Part shown: one piece after another, positions 49,241 to 59,800 of the stretch | Numbering within the stretch: the stretch's first letter is position 1 | Layout: the number at the start of each line of letters is the position of its first letter | NCBI GenBank assembly: GCA_045616085.1 | Contig: JAZLGB010000012.1 | Location: 98 to 64,097, forward strand | Direction of reading: 5' to 3' | Source: Treponema sp. | GTDB taxonomy: Bacteria; Spirochaetota; Spirochaetia; Treponematales; Treponemataceae | Length of the DNA stretch: 64,000 bases | Notes under the pieces: generated by a model | Databases searched by the model: none | Seen by the model: the letters and a program-made list of their open reading frames with translations, nothing else | What the model was told of the DNA's origin: nothing | Position numbers and translations under genes: made by a program

Positions 49241-49747
49241 ATGGAACGCAAGAATTTTGAAAAAGAACCAAAAGAGTTCGTTGAAAAACTTGTAACTCTT
49301 AACAGAACTGCAAAGACTGTAAAAGGTGGACGCCGCATGTCTTTCTCTGCACTTACTGTTGTTGGTGATCAGAAAGGTCGCGTAGGATACGGATTTGGTA
49401 AAGCTAATGATGTATCTGAAGCTATTAAAAAGAGCATTGACCATGCCAAGAGAAATCTTGTAACTATGTCAATGAAAAATGGTACTTTACCACATGAAAT
49501 TATTGGAAAATACAAGAGTTCTTCTGTACTCCTTAAGCCAGCTTGTGCCGGTACTGGTATCAAAGCCGGTGGTGCTGTTCGCTCAGTAATGGATGCAGTA
49601 GGAATTACAGATGTTATTTCTAAATCATTGGGATCAAGTTCTTCTGTAAACGTTGTTCGCGCAACATTCAATGCTATTGAAAATCTTATGGATGCAAAAG
49701 CAGTTGCTGCAGCTCGTGGTAAGACACTTGACGAATTGTGGGGTTAA
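49241..49747 (+). CDS. rpsE: 30S ribosomal protein S5
   Basis: [16 protein letters not shown]. Confidence 0.98.
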   Translation: MERKNFEKEPKEFVEKLVTLNRTAKTVKGGRRMSFSALTVVGDQKGRVGYGFGKANDVSEAIKKSIDHAKRNLVTMSMKNGTLPHEIIGKYKSSSVLLKPACAGTGIKAGGAVRSVMDAVGITDVISKSLGSSSSVNVVRATFNAIENLMDAKAVAAARGKTLDELWG

Positions 49748-49749
49748 TT

Positions 49750-49941
49750 ATGGCAAAAGCAAAACAGGTTAAGATTACACTTGTAAAAAGTACAATCGGA
49801 CAGAAGCCAGCCAAAGTTGCCACAGTTCGCAGTCTCGGCTTGAAGAAACTCAATTCTTCTGTAATCCAGGAAGAAAACGATGCAATCAAAGGTATGATCG
49901 CATCTGTTGCTCACCTCGTTACAGTTGAGGAGGTAAAATAA
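49750..49941 (+). CDS. rpmD: 50S ribosomal protein L30
   Basis: [19 protein letters not shown]. Confidence 0.96.
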   Translation: MAKAKQVKITLVKSTIGQKPAKVATVRSLGLKKLNSSVIQEENDAIKGMIASVAHLVTVEEVK

Positions 49942-50417
49942 TGTCTGAATATAATCCAGTACTTAGCGCACCTAGAGGTGCAAACAAAAACCCTAAGCGA
50001 GTTGGTCGTGGTTCATCTTCTGGACTCGGTACAACAGCTGGTAAGGGTAACAAAGGTCAGCAGTCTCGTTCAGGTTCTGCTCAGCCTTACGTAGGATTCG
50101 AAGGTGGTCAGATGCCTCTTTACAGACGCGTTGCTCGCCGCGGATTCTCAAACTATCCTTTCAAGAAAGAATTTGTTTGTATTAATGTTGGTATGCTTGA
50201 TGCAAAATTTGCTGATGGTGAAACAGTAAACAAAGAAACTCTTGCAGCAAAAGGATTTATTTCTGCTAAAGTTGCTCCACTTGTTAAGATTCTTGGCAAT
50301 GGTGATATTACAAAGAAACTTACAATCGATGTTGATAAGGTTTCTGAATCAGCTAAGGCTAAAATCGAAAAGGCTGGTGGTAGTGTAAAAGCTGCTGCAG
50401 CTGAAGAATCTAAATAA
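49941..50417 (+). CDS. rplO: 50S ribosomal protein L15
   Basis: RVGRG, GFEGGQMPL. Confidence 0.98.
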   Translation: MSEYNPVLSAPRGANKNPKRVGRGSSSGLGTTAGKGNKGQQSRSGSAQPYVGFEGGQMPLYRRVARRGFSNYPFKKEFVCINVGMLDAKFADGETVNKETLAAKGFISAKVAPLVKILGNGDITKKLTIDVDKVSESAKAKIEKAGGSVKAAAAEESK

Positions 50418-50432
50418 GTGGCGGAGTAAAGC

Positions 50433-51800
50433 ATGGCAAGCAATCCAGTAGTTAATATGTTTAGAGTTAAAGAACTTCGTTCTCGTTTGTTCTTTACTCT
50501 CTTTATCTTGGCAATTTTCCGTTTGGGAAGTGTACTTACAGTTCCTGGAATCGATCCTAATGCATTGTTGTCTTATTTTAATAACAATGGTGCTGCAGAT
50601 TCATTTGCAAATTATATCGATTTCTTTGTAGGTGGTGCTTTCTCGAACTTCTCAATTTTCATGTTGGGAGTTATGCCATATATTTCTACACAGATTATTA
50701 TGCAGCTTGCTGTGATTATTTTCCCTTCATTGAAACGCATCGTTCAGGAAGATGGTGGACAGCGTAAAATGGCAGCATGGACAAGAATTGGAACAGTATT
50801 TGTTTGTATTCTTCAGTCTTATGCTGTAACAGTTTATGCCCACAGTATTCCTGGATGTATGGTTTTGAGCGGCTGGAAATTCTACGCTATAACTATGCTT
50901 GCTGTAACTACTGGTTCAATGGTTACAGTATGGCTTGGTGATCAGATTACAGCTAATGGTATCGGCAATGGTATCTCTTTGATGATCTTTGCTGGTATCG
51001 TTGCACGTTTGCCACATGCGGTTGTTGAACTTGGACGTTATGTAAACCCAGGTTTCATGAACCCTAAGGCTCCTGTAAGTTCTGTAACTGATTCTACACA
51101 CTTGATGTGGGTAATTCTTACTTTCATCATCTTTATAGTTATGATCGGTCTTGTAATCTTTGAAGAATCTGGCGAAAGAAAAATCCCAGTACACTATGCT
51201 AAACGTGTAGTTGGAAGAAAGATGTACGGTGGACAGAATACTTATATTCCATTTAAGGTTAATCCTTCAAATGTTATTCCATTGATTTTTGCTTCTTCAT
51301 TGCTTACATTGCCTGTACAGCTCGTTTCTATGTTCGGAAAAAGTGAGGATACAGCTAGCTGGGTTAAGACATTATCTAATGTTTTGACACCAAACGGTCT
51401 TTGGTACAATATTATTTTGGTTGTACTTATCGTTTTCTTTGCATATTTCTATACACAGGTTACTTTGAATCCTATCGAAATTGCAAAAAACATTCGTGAA
51501 AACGGTGGTTCAATTCCAGGTGTTCGCACTGATAAAACAGAAGAATACCTTCAGAAAATATTGAACAGACTTGTTTTACCTGGATCTTTGTTCCTTGCAT
51601 TCATTGCTATCTTCCCAACTCTTATCATGAAATTCTTTAATGGTTTCCCACAGTCAGCAGCTCAGTTGCTCGGTGGTACATCATTGATCATCATGGTTGG
51701 CGTTGATCTTGATACTATGAGTCAGGTTGAAGCTCTTCTTAAGATGCATCACCTGGAAGGTCTTACAAAGAACGGTAAAATTAGATCACGAAATATCTAG
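50433..51800 (+). CDS. secY: Preprotein translocase SecY
   Basis: LGVMPYI, GIGNGISL, IPGVR, GGTSLII. Confidence 0.98.
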   Translation: MASNPVVNMFRVKELRSRLFFTLFILAIFRLGSVLTVPGIDPNALLSYFNNNGAADSFANYIDFFVGGAFSNFSIFMLGVMPYISTQIIMQLAVIIFPSLKRIVQEDGGQRKMAAWTRIGTVFVCILQSYAVTVYAHSIPGCMVLSGWKFYAITMLAVTTGSMVTVWLGDQITANGIGNGISLMIFAGIVARLPHAVVELGRYVNPGFMNPKAPVSSVTDSTHLMWVILTFIIFIVMIGLVIFEESGERKIPVHYAKRVVGRKMYGGQNTYIPFKVNPSNVIPLIFASSLLTLPVQLVSMFGKSEDTASWVKTLSNVLTPNGLWYNIILVVLIVFFAYFYTQVTLNPIEIAKNIRENGGSIPGVRTDKTEEYLQKILNRLVLPGSLFLAFIAIFPTLIMKFFNGFPQSAAQLLGGTSLIIMVGVDLDTMSQVEALLKMHHLEGLTKNGKIRSRNI

Positions 51801-51920
51801 AATTTAGTGGTCTAGTAGTAGAAAAAGATTGAGAATATATGCTATATTACTTCTCACCGAATTGTCTCTCATTGCGAGGTGCTAAGATTCGGTGAGAATG
51901 TCTATTCTCAGGGGGTCTTT

Positions 51921-52034
51921 ATGAAAGTACGAACCAGTGTAAAACCTATCTGTGATAAGTGTAAGGTTATCAAAAGAAACGGAATTATCCGTATCATTTG
52001 TATTAACCCAAAACATAAGCAGAGACAGGGTTAA
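51921..52034 (+). CDS. rpmJ: 50S ribosomal protein L36
   Basis: Manual translation [37 protein letters not shown]. Confidence 0.97.
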   Translation: MKVRTSVKPICDKCKVIKRNGIIRIICINPKHKQRQG

Positions 52035-52044
52035 GGAGTAACAG

Positions 52045-52410
52045 ATGGCTCGAATTGCGGGTGTTGATATCCCAAACAAACACATAAGTATTGCTTTAAC
52101 TTATATTTATGGTATCGGTAACTCATTGGCTGCAAAAATCCTTGAAGAAGCTAAGATTGATCCAAACAAAATGGCTAACGATCTTACTCAGGATGAAATT
52201 GCAACTATTCGCGATATCATGGATAAGAACTACAAGGTAGAAGGTCGTCTTCGTTCAGAAATCGGTCTTAACCTTAAACGCCTTATTGATATTGGCTGCT
52301 ATCGCGGTCTTAGACACAAGAAGGGTCTTCCAGTACGTGGTCAGAGAACTCGTACTAATTCTCGTACTCGTAAGGGTAAGAAGAAGACTGTTGCTAATAA
52401 GAAGAAGTAG
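52045..52410 (+). CDS. rpsM: 30S ribosomal protein S13
   Basis: [16 protein letters not shown]. Confidence 0.98.
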   Translation: MARIAGVDIPNKHISIALTYIYGIGNSLAAKILEEAKIDPNKMANDLTQDEIATIRDIMDKNYKVEGRLRSEIGLNLKRLIDIGCYRGLRHKKGLPVRGQRTRTNSRTRKGKKKTVANKKK

Positions 52411-52424
52411 GGCGGAGGAAACTG

Positions 52425-52805
52425 ATGGCTACAGCTAAGAAACGAAAGGAAAAAAAGAGCGTTTACGAAGGTAATGTTTACATTCAGGCTACTTTTAATA
52501 ACACTATCGTTACAATTACAGACTTGAATGGTAATGCACTTTCTTGGGCATCATCAGGCGGTCTTGGTTTCCGTGGAGCTAAAAAATCAACTCCATTTGC
52601 TGCACAGACAGTTGCTGAAACAGCTGTTCAGAAGGCAGTAAGCTACGGTTTGCGTGAAGTACACGTTTATGTAAAGGGACCAGGTATGGGTCGTGAAAAC
52701 GCTATCCGTTCACTTGGTGCTATGGGCTTGAGAGTAAAGTCTATCCATGATGTAACTCCAATTCCACATAACGGTTGTCGTCCACGTAAGACACGCCGTA
52801 TGTAA
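52425..52805 (+). CDS. rpsK: 30S ribosomal protein S11
   Basis: [19 protein letters not shown]. Confidence 0.98.
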   Translation: MATAKKRKEKKSVYEGNVYIQATFNNTIVTITDLNGNALSWASSGGLGFRGAKKSTPFAAQTVAETAVQKAVSYGLREVHVYVKGPGMGRENAIRSLGAMGLRVKSIHDVTPIPHNGCRPRKTRRM

Positions 52806-52954
52806 CGGAAATAAGTTAAGATAGTTATCCCGTCTGCCGGATGTGGGGCAGACTGTTTTGACAGAAATGTTGGAACGTTGTGTATAAATCAGAGTAAAGT
52901 CTGGTTTGTCTGATGTAAATAAGGGTTGTTTATTCAACCTTGAGAGGAGTTCTG

Positions 52955-54010
52955 ATGGCTCGCAAAAATCTGCTTAAAGGTTTTAAGAAACCAAAGGGTA
53001 TTACTTTTGAGCATCTTGAGACTAATCCAAATTATGGTAAGTTCACAGCTTATCCTTTTGAAACAGGATTTGGTACAACTGTAGGAAATACATTGCGCCG
53101 TGTTTTGCTTTCATCAATTCAGGGTTACGCAGTAACATCTGTACGCATCACATCTTATGATGCTGACGGTGTTCCACACGTTATCTCTAGTGAATTTGAA
53201 GCAATTCCTCATGTTTCAGAAGATACATTGGAAATCATTAACAGTCTTAAACAGATTCGTTTGCGTCTTCCTAACGATATCGAACAGGATACAATCCTTT
53301 ATGAATTTAAAGGACCTGGAAAAGTAACAAGCAACGACCTTGCTAAAGAAAATCAGCTTGAAGTTATGACTGAAGATATGCTTATCTTCACAATGATGGA
53401 AGGCGCTCATTTGGATGTTGAAATCCAGATTGATCTTGGTCGTGGTTATGTTCCTGCTGAAGTAAATGAACATTACATTGAAGTTGTTGGTACAATTCCA
53501 ATGGATGCTATTTTCACTCCAGTAAAGAAGGTAAAGTATTCTATCGAACCATGTCGCGTAGGACAGCGTAATGATTACGATAAGCTTGTTCTTGAAATCT
53601 GGACAGATGGAACAATTGCACCTGAAGATGCATTGGCAGAAGCTGCAAAGATTGCTAAAGATCATTTCTCAATCTTTGTAAACTTTAATGACAGTGATGT
53701 TGCTAGTAGTGATGAAGACAACGAAGACGATGCAAGAGTAAAGGAAATCCTTAATACTCCTGTAGAAGAACTTGAACTTTCAGTTCGCTCTTCAAATTGT
53801 CTTAAGAATGCAAACATTCGCACTATTGGTGAATTAACAAAAAAGACAGAAGATGATATCGCTAAGACTCGTAACTTCGGTAAGAAGAGTCTTACAGAAA
53901 TCAAAGAAAAGCTTCAGGAATGGGGCTTGACTCTTGGTATGACTGACTATAGTCATCTGAAGAATGCTGTCAACTTAACAAAGCAGAAGGAAGAAACAGA
54001 TGAATCATAA
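52955..54010 (+). CDS. rpoA: RNA polymerase alpha subunit
   Basis: [27 protein letters not shown]; AGGAG SD. Confidence 0.98.
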   Translation: MARKNLLKGFKKPKGITFEHLETNPNYGKFTAYPFETGFGTTVGNTLRRVLLSSIQGYAVTSVRITSYDADGVPHVISSEFEAIPHVSEDTLEIINSLKQIRLRLPNDIEQDTILYEFKGPGKVTSNDLAKENQLEVMTEDMLIFTMMEGAHLDVEIQIDLGRGYVPAEVNEHYIEVVGTIPMDAIFTPVKKVKYSIEPCRVGQRNDYDKLVLEIWTDGTIAPEDALAEAAKIAKDHFSIFVNFNDSDVASSDEDNEDDARVKEILNTPVEELELSVRSSNCLKNANIRTIGELTKKTEDDIAKTRNFGKKSLTEIKEKLQEWGLTLGMTDYSHLKNAVNLTKQKEETDES

Positions 54011-54521
54011 AAATGGTTTTAATCCGCTTTCACGCACTACAGCTCATAGACGTGCTATGTCACGTAATATGGTAACTTCACTCTTTAGATTTGAACGTAT
54101 TACTACAACTAAATCTAAGGCTTTGGAAGTACGTAAGGCTGCTGAAAAATTAATTACAAGAAGCAAGGTAGATTCTGTTCACAATCGTCGTGAAGTAGCA
54201 AAATTCATTGCTGATGAAAAGATTCTTAACAAACTTTTCACAGAAATCGGTCCTCGCATGAAAGATCGTAATGGTGGTTATACTCGTGTTCTTAAGATCG
54301 GTTTCCGCCAGGGCGATGCTGCTGATATGGTTATCCTTGAACTGGTAGACTATAAGCTTGATACAGCTGAAGGAACAGAAGAAAAGAAAGCTGCTCCAAA
54401 AGCAAAGAAAGCTGCTGAAAAACCAGCTGAAGAAAAGAAACCTGCTGCTAAAAAAACAACAGCAAAAAAATCAACTGCTAAGAAGGCTGAAGCTAAAGCT
54501 GATGCTGCAGATAAGGAGTAG
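54000..54521 (+). CDS. rplQ: 50S ribosomal protein L17 with Lys/Ala-rich tail
   Basis: RITTT, RNGGYTR. Confidence 0.97.
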   Translation: MNHKNGFNPLSRTTAHRRAMSRNMVTSLFRFERITTTKSKALEVRKAAEKLITRSKVDSVHNRREVAKFIADEKILNKLFTEIGPRMKDRNGGYTRVLKIGFRQGDAADMVILELVDYKLDTAEGTEEKKAAPKAKKAAEKPAEEKKPAAKKTTAKKSTAKKAEAKADAADKE

Positions 54522-54524
54522 GAA

Positions 54525-54752
54525 ATGTCTAAGAACCATCGTGGAACTGGTATTCGTTCACTTCCAGCACACGGAAGAGCTACTTGCCCTATCTGTAAGA
54601 AAGACAACGTAAAGTGTCTTTACGAAAAAGAAGTTGACGGTCAGACAGTAAATATCTGCAAAGTATGTAACGCTACTTTGAAGAATAAAGAAAGAGCAGC
54701 TGCTAAGGCAGCTCCAAAGGCAGCACCTGCTGCTGAAGAATCTGCTGAATAA
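54525..54752 (+). CDS. Small basic CxxC...CxxC Zn-finger protein (hypothetical)
   Basis: AAGGAG SD; CPIC and CKVC pairs; r-protein-like codon usage; tightly packed between rplQ and rpsD. Confidence 0.8.
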   Translation: MSKNHRGTGIRSLPAHGRATCPICKKDNVKCLYEKEVDGQTVNICKVCNATLKNKERAAAKAAPKAAPAAEESAE

Positions 54753-54780
54753 GCAGAAAAAAAAGAAATAGGAGCATAAA

Positions 54781-55374
54781 ATGGCTACTAGAAGAAGTCC
54801 TCGTTTTAAGGAATGTAGAAGACTTGGTGTAAACGTATGTGGACACCCTAAAGCAATGGAAAGAGCAAACTCTCCTGCTTTTGCTAAAAAAAAGAAGGTT
54901 TCTGAATACGGTCTTCAGTTGATCGAAAAACAGAAGGTAAAGGCTTATTACGGAATCCTTGAAAAACAGATGAGAAGATATTTCGAAGCTGCTGCAAGAG
55001 CTACTGGTAACACTGGTGACGAATTGCTTATCTTGCTCGAAAGACGTCTTGATAATCTTGTATACCGTGCTGGTTTTGCAAAGTCTATTCGTCAGGCTCG
55101 CCAGATGGTAAGTCATGGTCACTTTACAGTTGACGGAAAGAAGATCAATATCCCTTCTTTCTCGGTAAAAGTTGGTCAGACAATCACTATGAGTGAAAAA
55201 GGACAGAAATCAGGTGCTTTGAAGGCTATCTTCCTTGAAGATAAGGCTTTGAAACTTGACTACATCGAAAGAAATGTTGACGGTTTGAGCGCTAAGCTTG
55301 CACGCTTGCCACTCCGCGCAGAAATCCCTGTAGAAATCAAGGAAAATCTGGTTATCGAATACTATTCTAAATAG
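54781..55374 (+). CDS. rpsD: 30S ribosomal protein S4
   Basis: SEYGLQLIEKQK, LERRLDNLVYR, ARQMVSHGH, IEYYSK. Confidence 0.97.
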   Translation: MATRRSPRFKECRRLGVNVCGHPKAMERANSPAFAKKKKVSEYGLQLIEKQKVKAYYGILEKQMRRYFEAAARATGNTGDELLILLERRLDNLVYRAGFAKSIRQARQMVSHGHFTVDGKKINIPSFSVKVGQTITMSEKGQKSGALKAIFLEDKALKLDYIERNVDGLSAKLARLPLRAEIPVEIKENLVIEYYSK

Positions 55375-55383
55375 TAATCCAAC

Positions 55384-55416
55384 AACCGGCAGTCCAGGCG
55401 ACTGCCGGTTTTTTTA
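55384..55416 (+). terminator. Terminator of the r-protein superoperon
   Basis: AACCGGCAGTC-CAGGC-GACTGCCGGTTTTTTT. Confidence 0.9.
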
Positions 55417-55495
55417 TTTAACGAGTTTTTTATCGTTTACTAAAAATTGTAAATTAATTAAGATTTTGATAAGTATTTCATATTCGGAGGAAATT

Positions 55496-56632
55496 ATGAA
55501 AAAGATCGTTGGGTTAGTTGCTGTTGCTGCAATGACTTTGGCTGCAACAAGCTGTTCTAAGAAAGAAAGCGATACTATTAAAATCGGTGGAGTTGCTCCA
55601 CTTTCTGGTGCCGTAGCTGTTTACGGTGTTGAATGTAAGAATGGTATTGATTTGGCTGTGGAAGAAATCAATGCTGCTGGTGGAATCAACGGAAAGAAAG
55701 TTGAATTCGTTTGTGAAGATGACGAAGGTTCTCCAGATAAGACTGTTAATGCATTCAAGAAATTGATTACTAAAGATGGTGTTAAGCTTGTAATTGGTTC
55801 TTTGACTTCTGGTTGTACACAGGCTATTACAACTTTGGCTCAGGCTTCTAAGGTTGTTCAGATTGCTCCAGCTGCTACAGCTCCTGCAATTACTGATGCT
55901 GGAAACTTCATTTTCCGTGCATGTTTTATTGACCCATTCCAGGGTACTGTTGGTGGTAAGTTCTCTGCTGAAACTTTGAAGGCAAAGAATGCTGCTATTC
56001 TTTATGATGTTGGAAACGACTACTCTGTTGGTCTTCAGGAAAATTTCGTAAAGGCTTTTGAAGCTGCTGGTGGAAAGATCGTTGCTGTTGAATCTTATTC
56101 AACTGGTGATAAGGACTTTAACGCTCAGCTTACAAAGATCAAGAATGCTAATCCTGATGTTGTTTACCTTCCAGATTACTACGGTACAGTTGCTTTGATC
56201 GCTAAGCAGCTTCGTGCTCAGGGGATCAAGACTCCTATCGTTGGTGCTGATGGTTGGGATGGTTTGACAGCTAACGCTGGTGATGAAGTTTTGAACGGAT
56301 TCTACTCTAACCACTACGCTGAAGACTCTACAGAAGAATCTGTAGTTAAGTTCGTTTCAGCTTTCAAGGCTAAGTACAACAAGGCTCCAAACTCATTTGC
56401 TGCTCTTGGTTATGATTCTATGTACATGTTGAAGGATGCTATCATCGCTGCAGGTACAACTGATTCAGTAAAGGTTCGCGCTGCTCTTGAAGCAACAGAC
56501 GCTGACTACGTAACTGGTCACCTTACATTCGATGCTAAGAGAAACCCAGTTAAGTCTGCTGTAATGATCGAACTTGTTAAGGGTGCTGACGGTAAAGTTA
56601 CAACTGCTTATAAGACTACTGTTAATCCATAA
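55496..56632 (+). CDS. Branched-chain amino acid ABC transporter substrate-binding lipoprotein (LivJ-like)
   Basis: Lipobox ATS-C; IKIGGVAPLSG, INAAGGINGK, DFNAQLTKI; no permease genes adjacent. Confidence 0.9.
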   Translation: MKKIVGLVAVAAMTLAATSCSKKESDTIKIGGVAPLSGAVAVYGVECKNGIDLAVEEINAAGGINGKKVEFVCEDDEGSPDKTVNAFKKLITKDGVKLVIGSLTSGCTQAITTLAQASKVVQIAPAATAPAITDAGNFIFRACFIDPFQGTVGGKFSAETLKAKNAAILYDVGNDYSVGLQENFVKAFEAAGGKIVAVESYSTGDKDFNAQLTKIKNANPDVVYLPDYYGTVALIAKQLRAQGIKTPIVGADGWDGLTANAGDEVLNGFYSNHYAEDSTEESVVKFVSAFKAKYNKAPNSFAALGYDSMYMLKDAIIAAGTTDSVKVRAALEATDADYVTGHLTFDAKRNPVKSAVMIELVKGADGKVTTAYKTTVNP

Positions 56633-56654
56633 GTTGATTTAAGCTGAATGTAAT

Positions 56655-56690
56655 AAAGACGCTGTCCGTTGCTGGACGGCGTTTTTTATT
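56655..56690 (+). terminator. Intrinsic terminator
   Basis: AAAGACGCTGTCC...GGACGGCGTTTTTT. Confidence 0.85.
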
Positions 56691-56805
56691 TAACGTGGGT
56701 TGCGCAAAGCGTGGAGGGCGCCTTGGCGGCCACCTGGGAACGGAGTGAGCAGGGGGCTGAGCGTAGCGGAACCCGGAAGGCGTGTTACTAAATGCCTGTG
56801 CGCCC
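56688..56805 (+). repeat. GC-rich palindromic element, degenerate attC-like
   Basis: Starts ATTTAAC (RYYYAAC); internal GAACGGAGTGAGC and GAGCGTAGCGG; no intact terminal GTTRRRY. Confidence 0.35.
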
Positions 56806-56816
56806 TTATTAGTTGA

Positions 56817-56845
56817 TTGAAACCACCTCGGCGAAACGTTATAAT
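56817..56845 (+). promoter_or_regulatory. Sigma70 promoter, probably leaderless purL
   Basis: TTGAAA-N17-TATAAT, 6 nt before ATG 56852. Confidence 0.7.
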
Positions 56846-56851
56846 GTAGGA

Positions 56852-59800
56852 ATGTTTCGTTTATATGTAGAAAGAAAGCCTGGTTTTGAAAACGAGGCTC
56901 GCAGTTATCTTAGTCAGATTAAGAGTTTTTTGGGAATTTCAGGTGTAACTGGAGTTCGTTACTTGAATCGCTATGACGTTGAAAACATTGGGGAAGCTGT
57001 TGGAAAGGCAGCTGCTACTCGTATTTTTAGCGAACCTCAGAGCGATTTTGTTTACTATGATAAGATTGATGTTCCTGCTGGGGACACTGTAATTGTTTGG
57101 GAATATTTGCCTGGTCAGTATGATCAGCGTGCGGATAGTGCTGAACAGTGTCTTTCTTTGTTGCGTGCTGGAATGGCTAGTACATGTAAGGTTGGAACTG
57201 AAGCTCCACGCGTTCGCTGTGCAAAGGTTGTTATTTTGTCTGGAAATGTTAGCGCTGATGAAGTTGCTAAGATTCAGAATTATCTTATTAACCCTGTGGA
57301 CAGCCGTTTGACTGATGAAACAGTTCCTGAAACTTTGGAAATTAAGTCTGAAGTTCCTGGTGATATTCCTTCTGTTGATGGATTCATTGGTTGGGATGAC
57401 AAGGCTCTTGAAGCTTACCGCCAGAAGATGGGGCTTGCTATGGACCTTGCTGATATCAAGTTCCTTCAGGAATACTTTGTTGGTGAAAAGCGCGATCCTA
57501 CTGAAACTGAAATCCGCGTACTTGATACTTATTGGTCTGACCACTGTCGTCATACTACATTCCTTACTGAATTGAAGGAAATCAAGTTTGAAGATGGTCC
57601 TTACGCTAATCTCTTTAAGAAATCTCTTCAGAACTATACTGACATGCGTACTGAAATGTATGCTGGTCGTACAGATAAGCCTGTTTGCTTGATGGATATG
57701 GCTGTTATTGGTATTAAGTATCTTAAAAAGCATGGTAAATTGGATAATCTTGAAGTTAGTGAAGAAAATAATGCTTGTTCTATTTACATTGATGTTCACT
57801 ACACAAGAGATAAGGACGGAAAGGCTTGTGACGAAAAAGAAACATGGCTTTTGATGTTCAAAAACGAAACACACAATCACCCTACTGAAATTGAACCTTT
57901 TGGTGGTGCTGCTACTTGTATCGGTGGTGCAATCCGTGACCCTCTTTCTGGTCGTTCATGGGTTTACCAGTCTATGCGCGTTACTGGTGCTGCTGATCCT
58001 ACTGTTCCTTTGAGCGCTACAATGAAAGGTAAGCTTCCACAGTCTAAGATTTGTCGCGAAGCTGCTCAGGGATTTAGTTCTTATGGTAACCAGATTGGTT
58101 TGACTACTGGACAGGTTACTGAACTTTATCACCCTGGTTATGTTGCTAAGCGTATGGAATTGGGTGCTGTTGTTGCAGCTGCTCCAAAAGATATGGTTAT
58201 GCGTGAAAGACCTGAAGCTGGGGATGTTGTAATCCTTCTTGGAGGTGGTACTGGTCGTGATGGTATCGGTGGTGCTACTGGTTCTTCTAAGGTTCACACT
58301 GTTAAGTCTGTAACTACTGCTGCTGCTGAAGTTCAGAAGGGTAACGCTGTTGAAGAAAGAAAGATTCAGCGTTTGTTCCGTAATAAAGAAGTCAGCCTGA
58401 TGATTCGCCGCTGTAACGACTTCGGTGCCGGTGGTGTTTCTGTTGCTATTGGTGAATTGGCTCCTGGTCTTGAAATCAACCTTGATGTTGTTCCTAAGAA
58501 GTATGAAGGTTTGAATGGTACTGAACTTGCTATTTCTGAATCTCAGGAACGTATGGCTTGTGTTGTTCGTGCTAAGGACGCTGCTCGCTTTATTGAAATC
58601 GCTAAGTCTGAAAACCTTGAAGCTGTTAAGGTTGCAGATGTTACTGATACAAATCGTCTTATCATCAATTGGCGTGGTAAGACTATCGTAAATCTTGGTC
58701 GTGAATTCCTTGATGCTGCTGGTGCTCACCACGAAGCTGTTGCTTTGATCGAAAGTCCTGCTGCTCAGGATGAATCTCCACTTGTAAACGCTTTGGATTC
58801 TGTAAAGGATTCTCTTGCTAAGGGTGATGTAAAAGACGCTTGGATGAAGAACATCGGAGATTTGGCTTGTTGTTCTCAGCGTGGTCTTGGTGAAAGATTC
58901 GATGGTTCTATCGGTTCTTCTACTGTTTTGTTCCCTTATGGTGGTAAATATCAGTGCACTCCAGAAGCTGGTATGGTTGCTAAGATTCCTGTAGTTTCTC
59001 CTTTTGAAACTTCTACTGTTAGCTTGATGGCTCATGGTTACGATCCACGCGTTGGTCAGTGGTCTCCATGGCATGGTGCTCAGTGTGCTGTTCTTTCTTC
59101 TTTGACTAAGATCGCATGTATGGGTGGTAAGCCAACAGACTGTCGTCTTTCTTTCCAGGAATTCTTTGGTCGTGCTGTAAACGAAAAGGCCTGGGGTTAT
59201 CCTGCTGCTGCTTTGCTTGGTTCTATCGACGCTCAGAATGCTATGGGAACTGCTTCTATCGGTGGTAAGGACTCTATGTCTGGTACTTTCGAAAACATCA
59301 ACGTTCCTCATACTTTGGTTTCTTTTGCTGTTACTGCTGATGATGTTAAGAATGTTACTAGCGGTTCATTCAAGAAGGCTGGTCACAATGTTTACCTTGT
59401 AACTGTTCCTTACTCTGCTGAACTTGCTCCTGATTTTGAAACATTTACTTCTAATACAAACACAATCTACGAATTGAATGCTGCAGATAAGATCGCTGCT
59501 ATGTATCCAGTTTGTGCCGGTGGTATTGCTGAAGCTGTTACTAAGATGGCTATGGGTAATAAGGTTGGCGTTAAGCTTGATAATCTTCCATTCTCTGCAA
59601 CTGCTGAAGGATTTGCTAAATCTACTAGCGTTTCTGCTAAGGATTTGTTCACTCCACTTTATGGTTCTATCATCATCGAAGCTAACGGTGAACTTGATGA
59701 AAGAGCATTTGTTGAAGGTACTATCACTAAGATTGGTGTTACTACAAAAGATTCTGATATTGAACTTGCAGTTAAGGGTGTTGCTGAAGCTAAGATCAGC

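Noticed and set aside
51801-51920. adk/map/infA absent after secY
   Set aside because: Known spirochaete gene order.
56939-59311. Long antisense ORFs (313 and 451 aa) opposite purL
   Set aside because: Shadow ORFs produced by the strong T-ending codon bias; no protein-like motifs.
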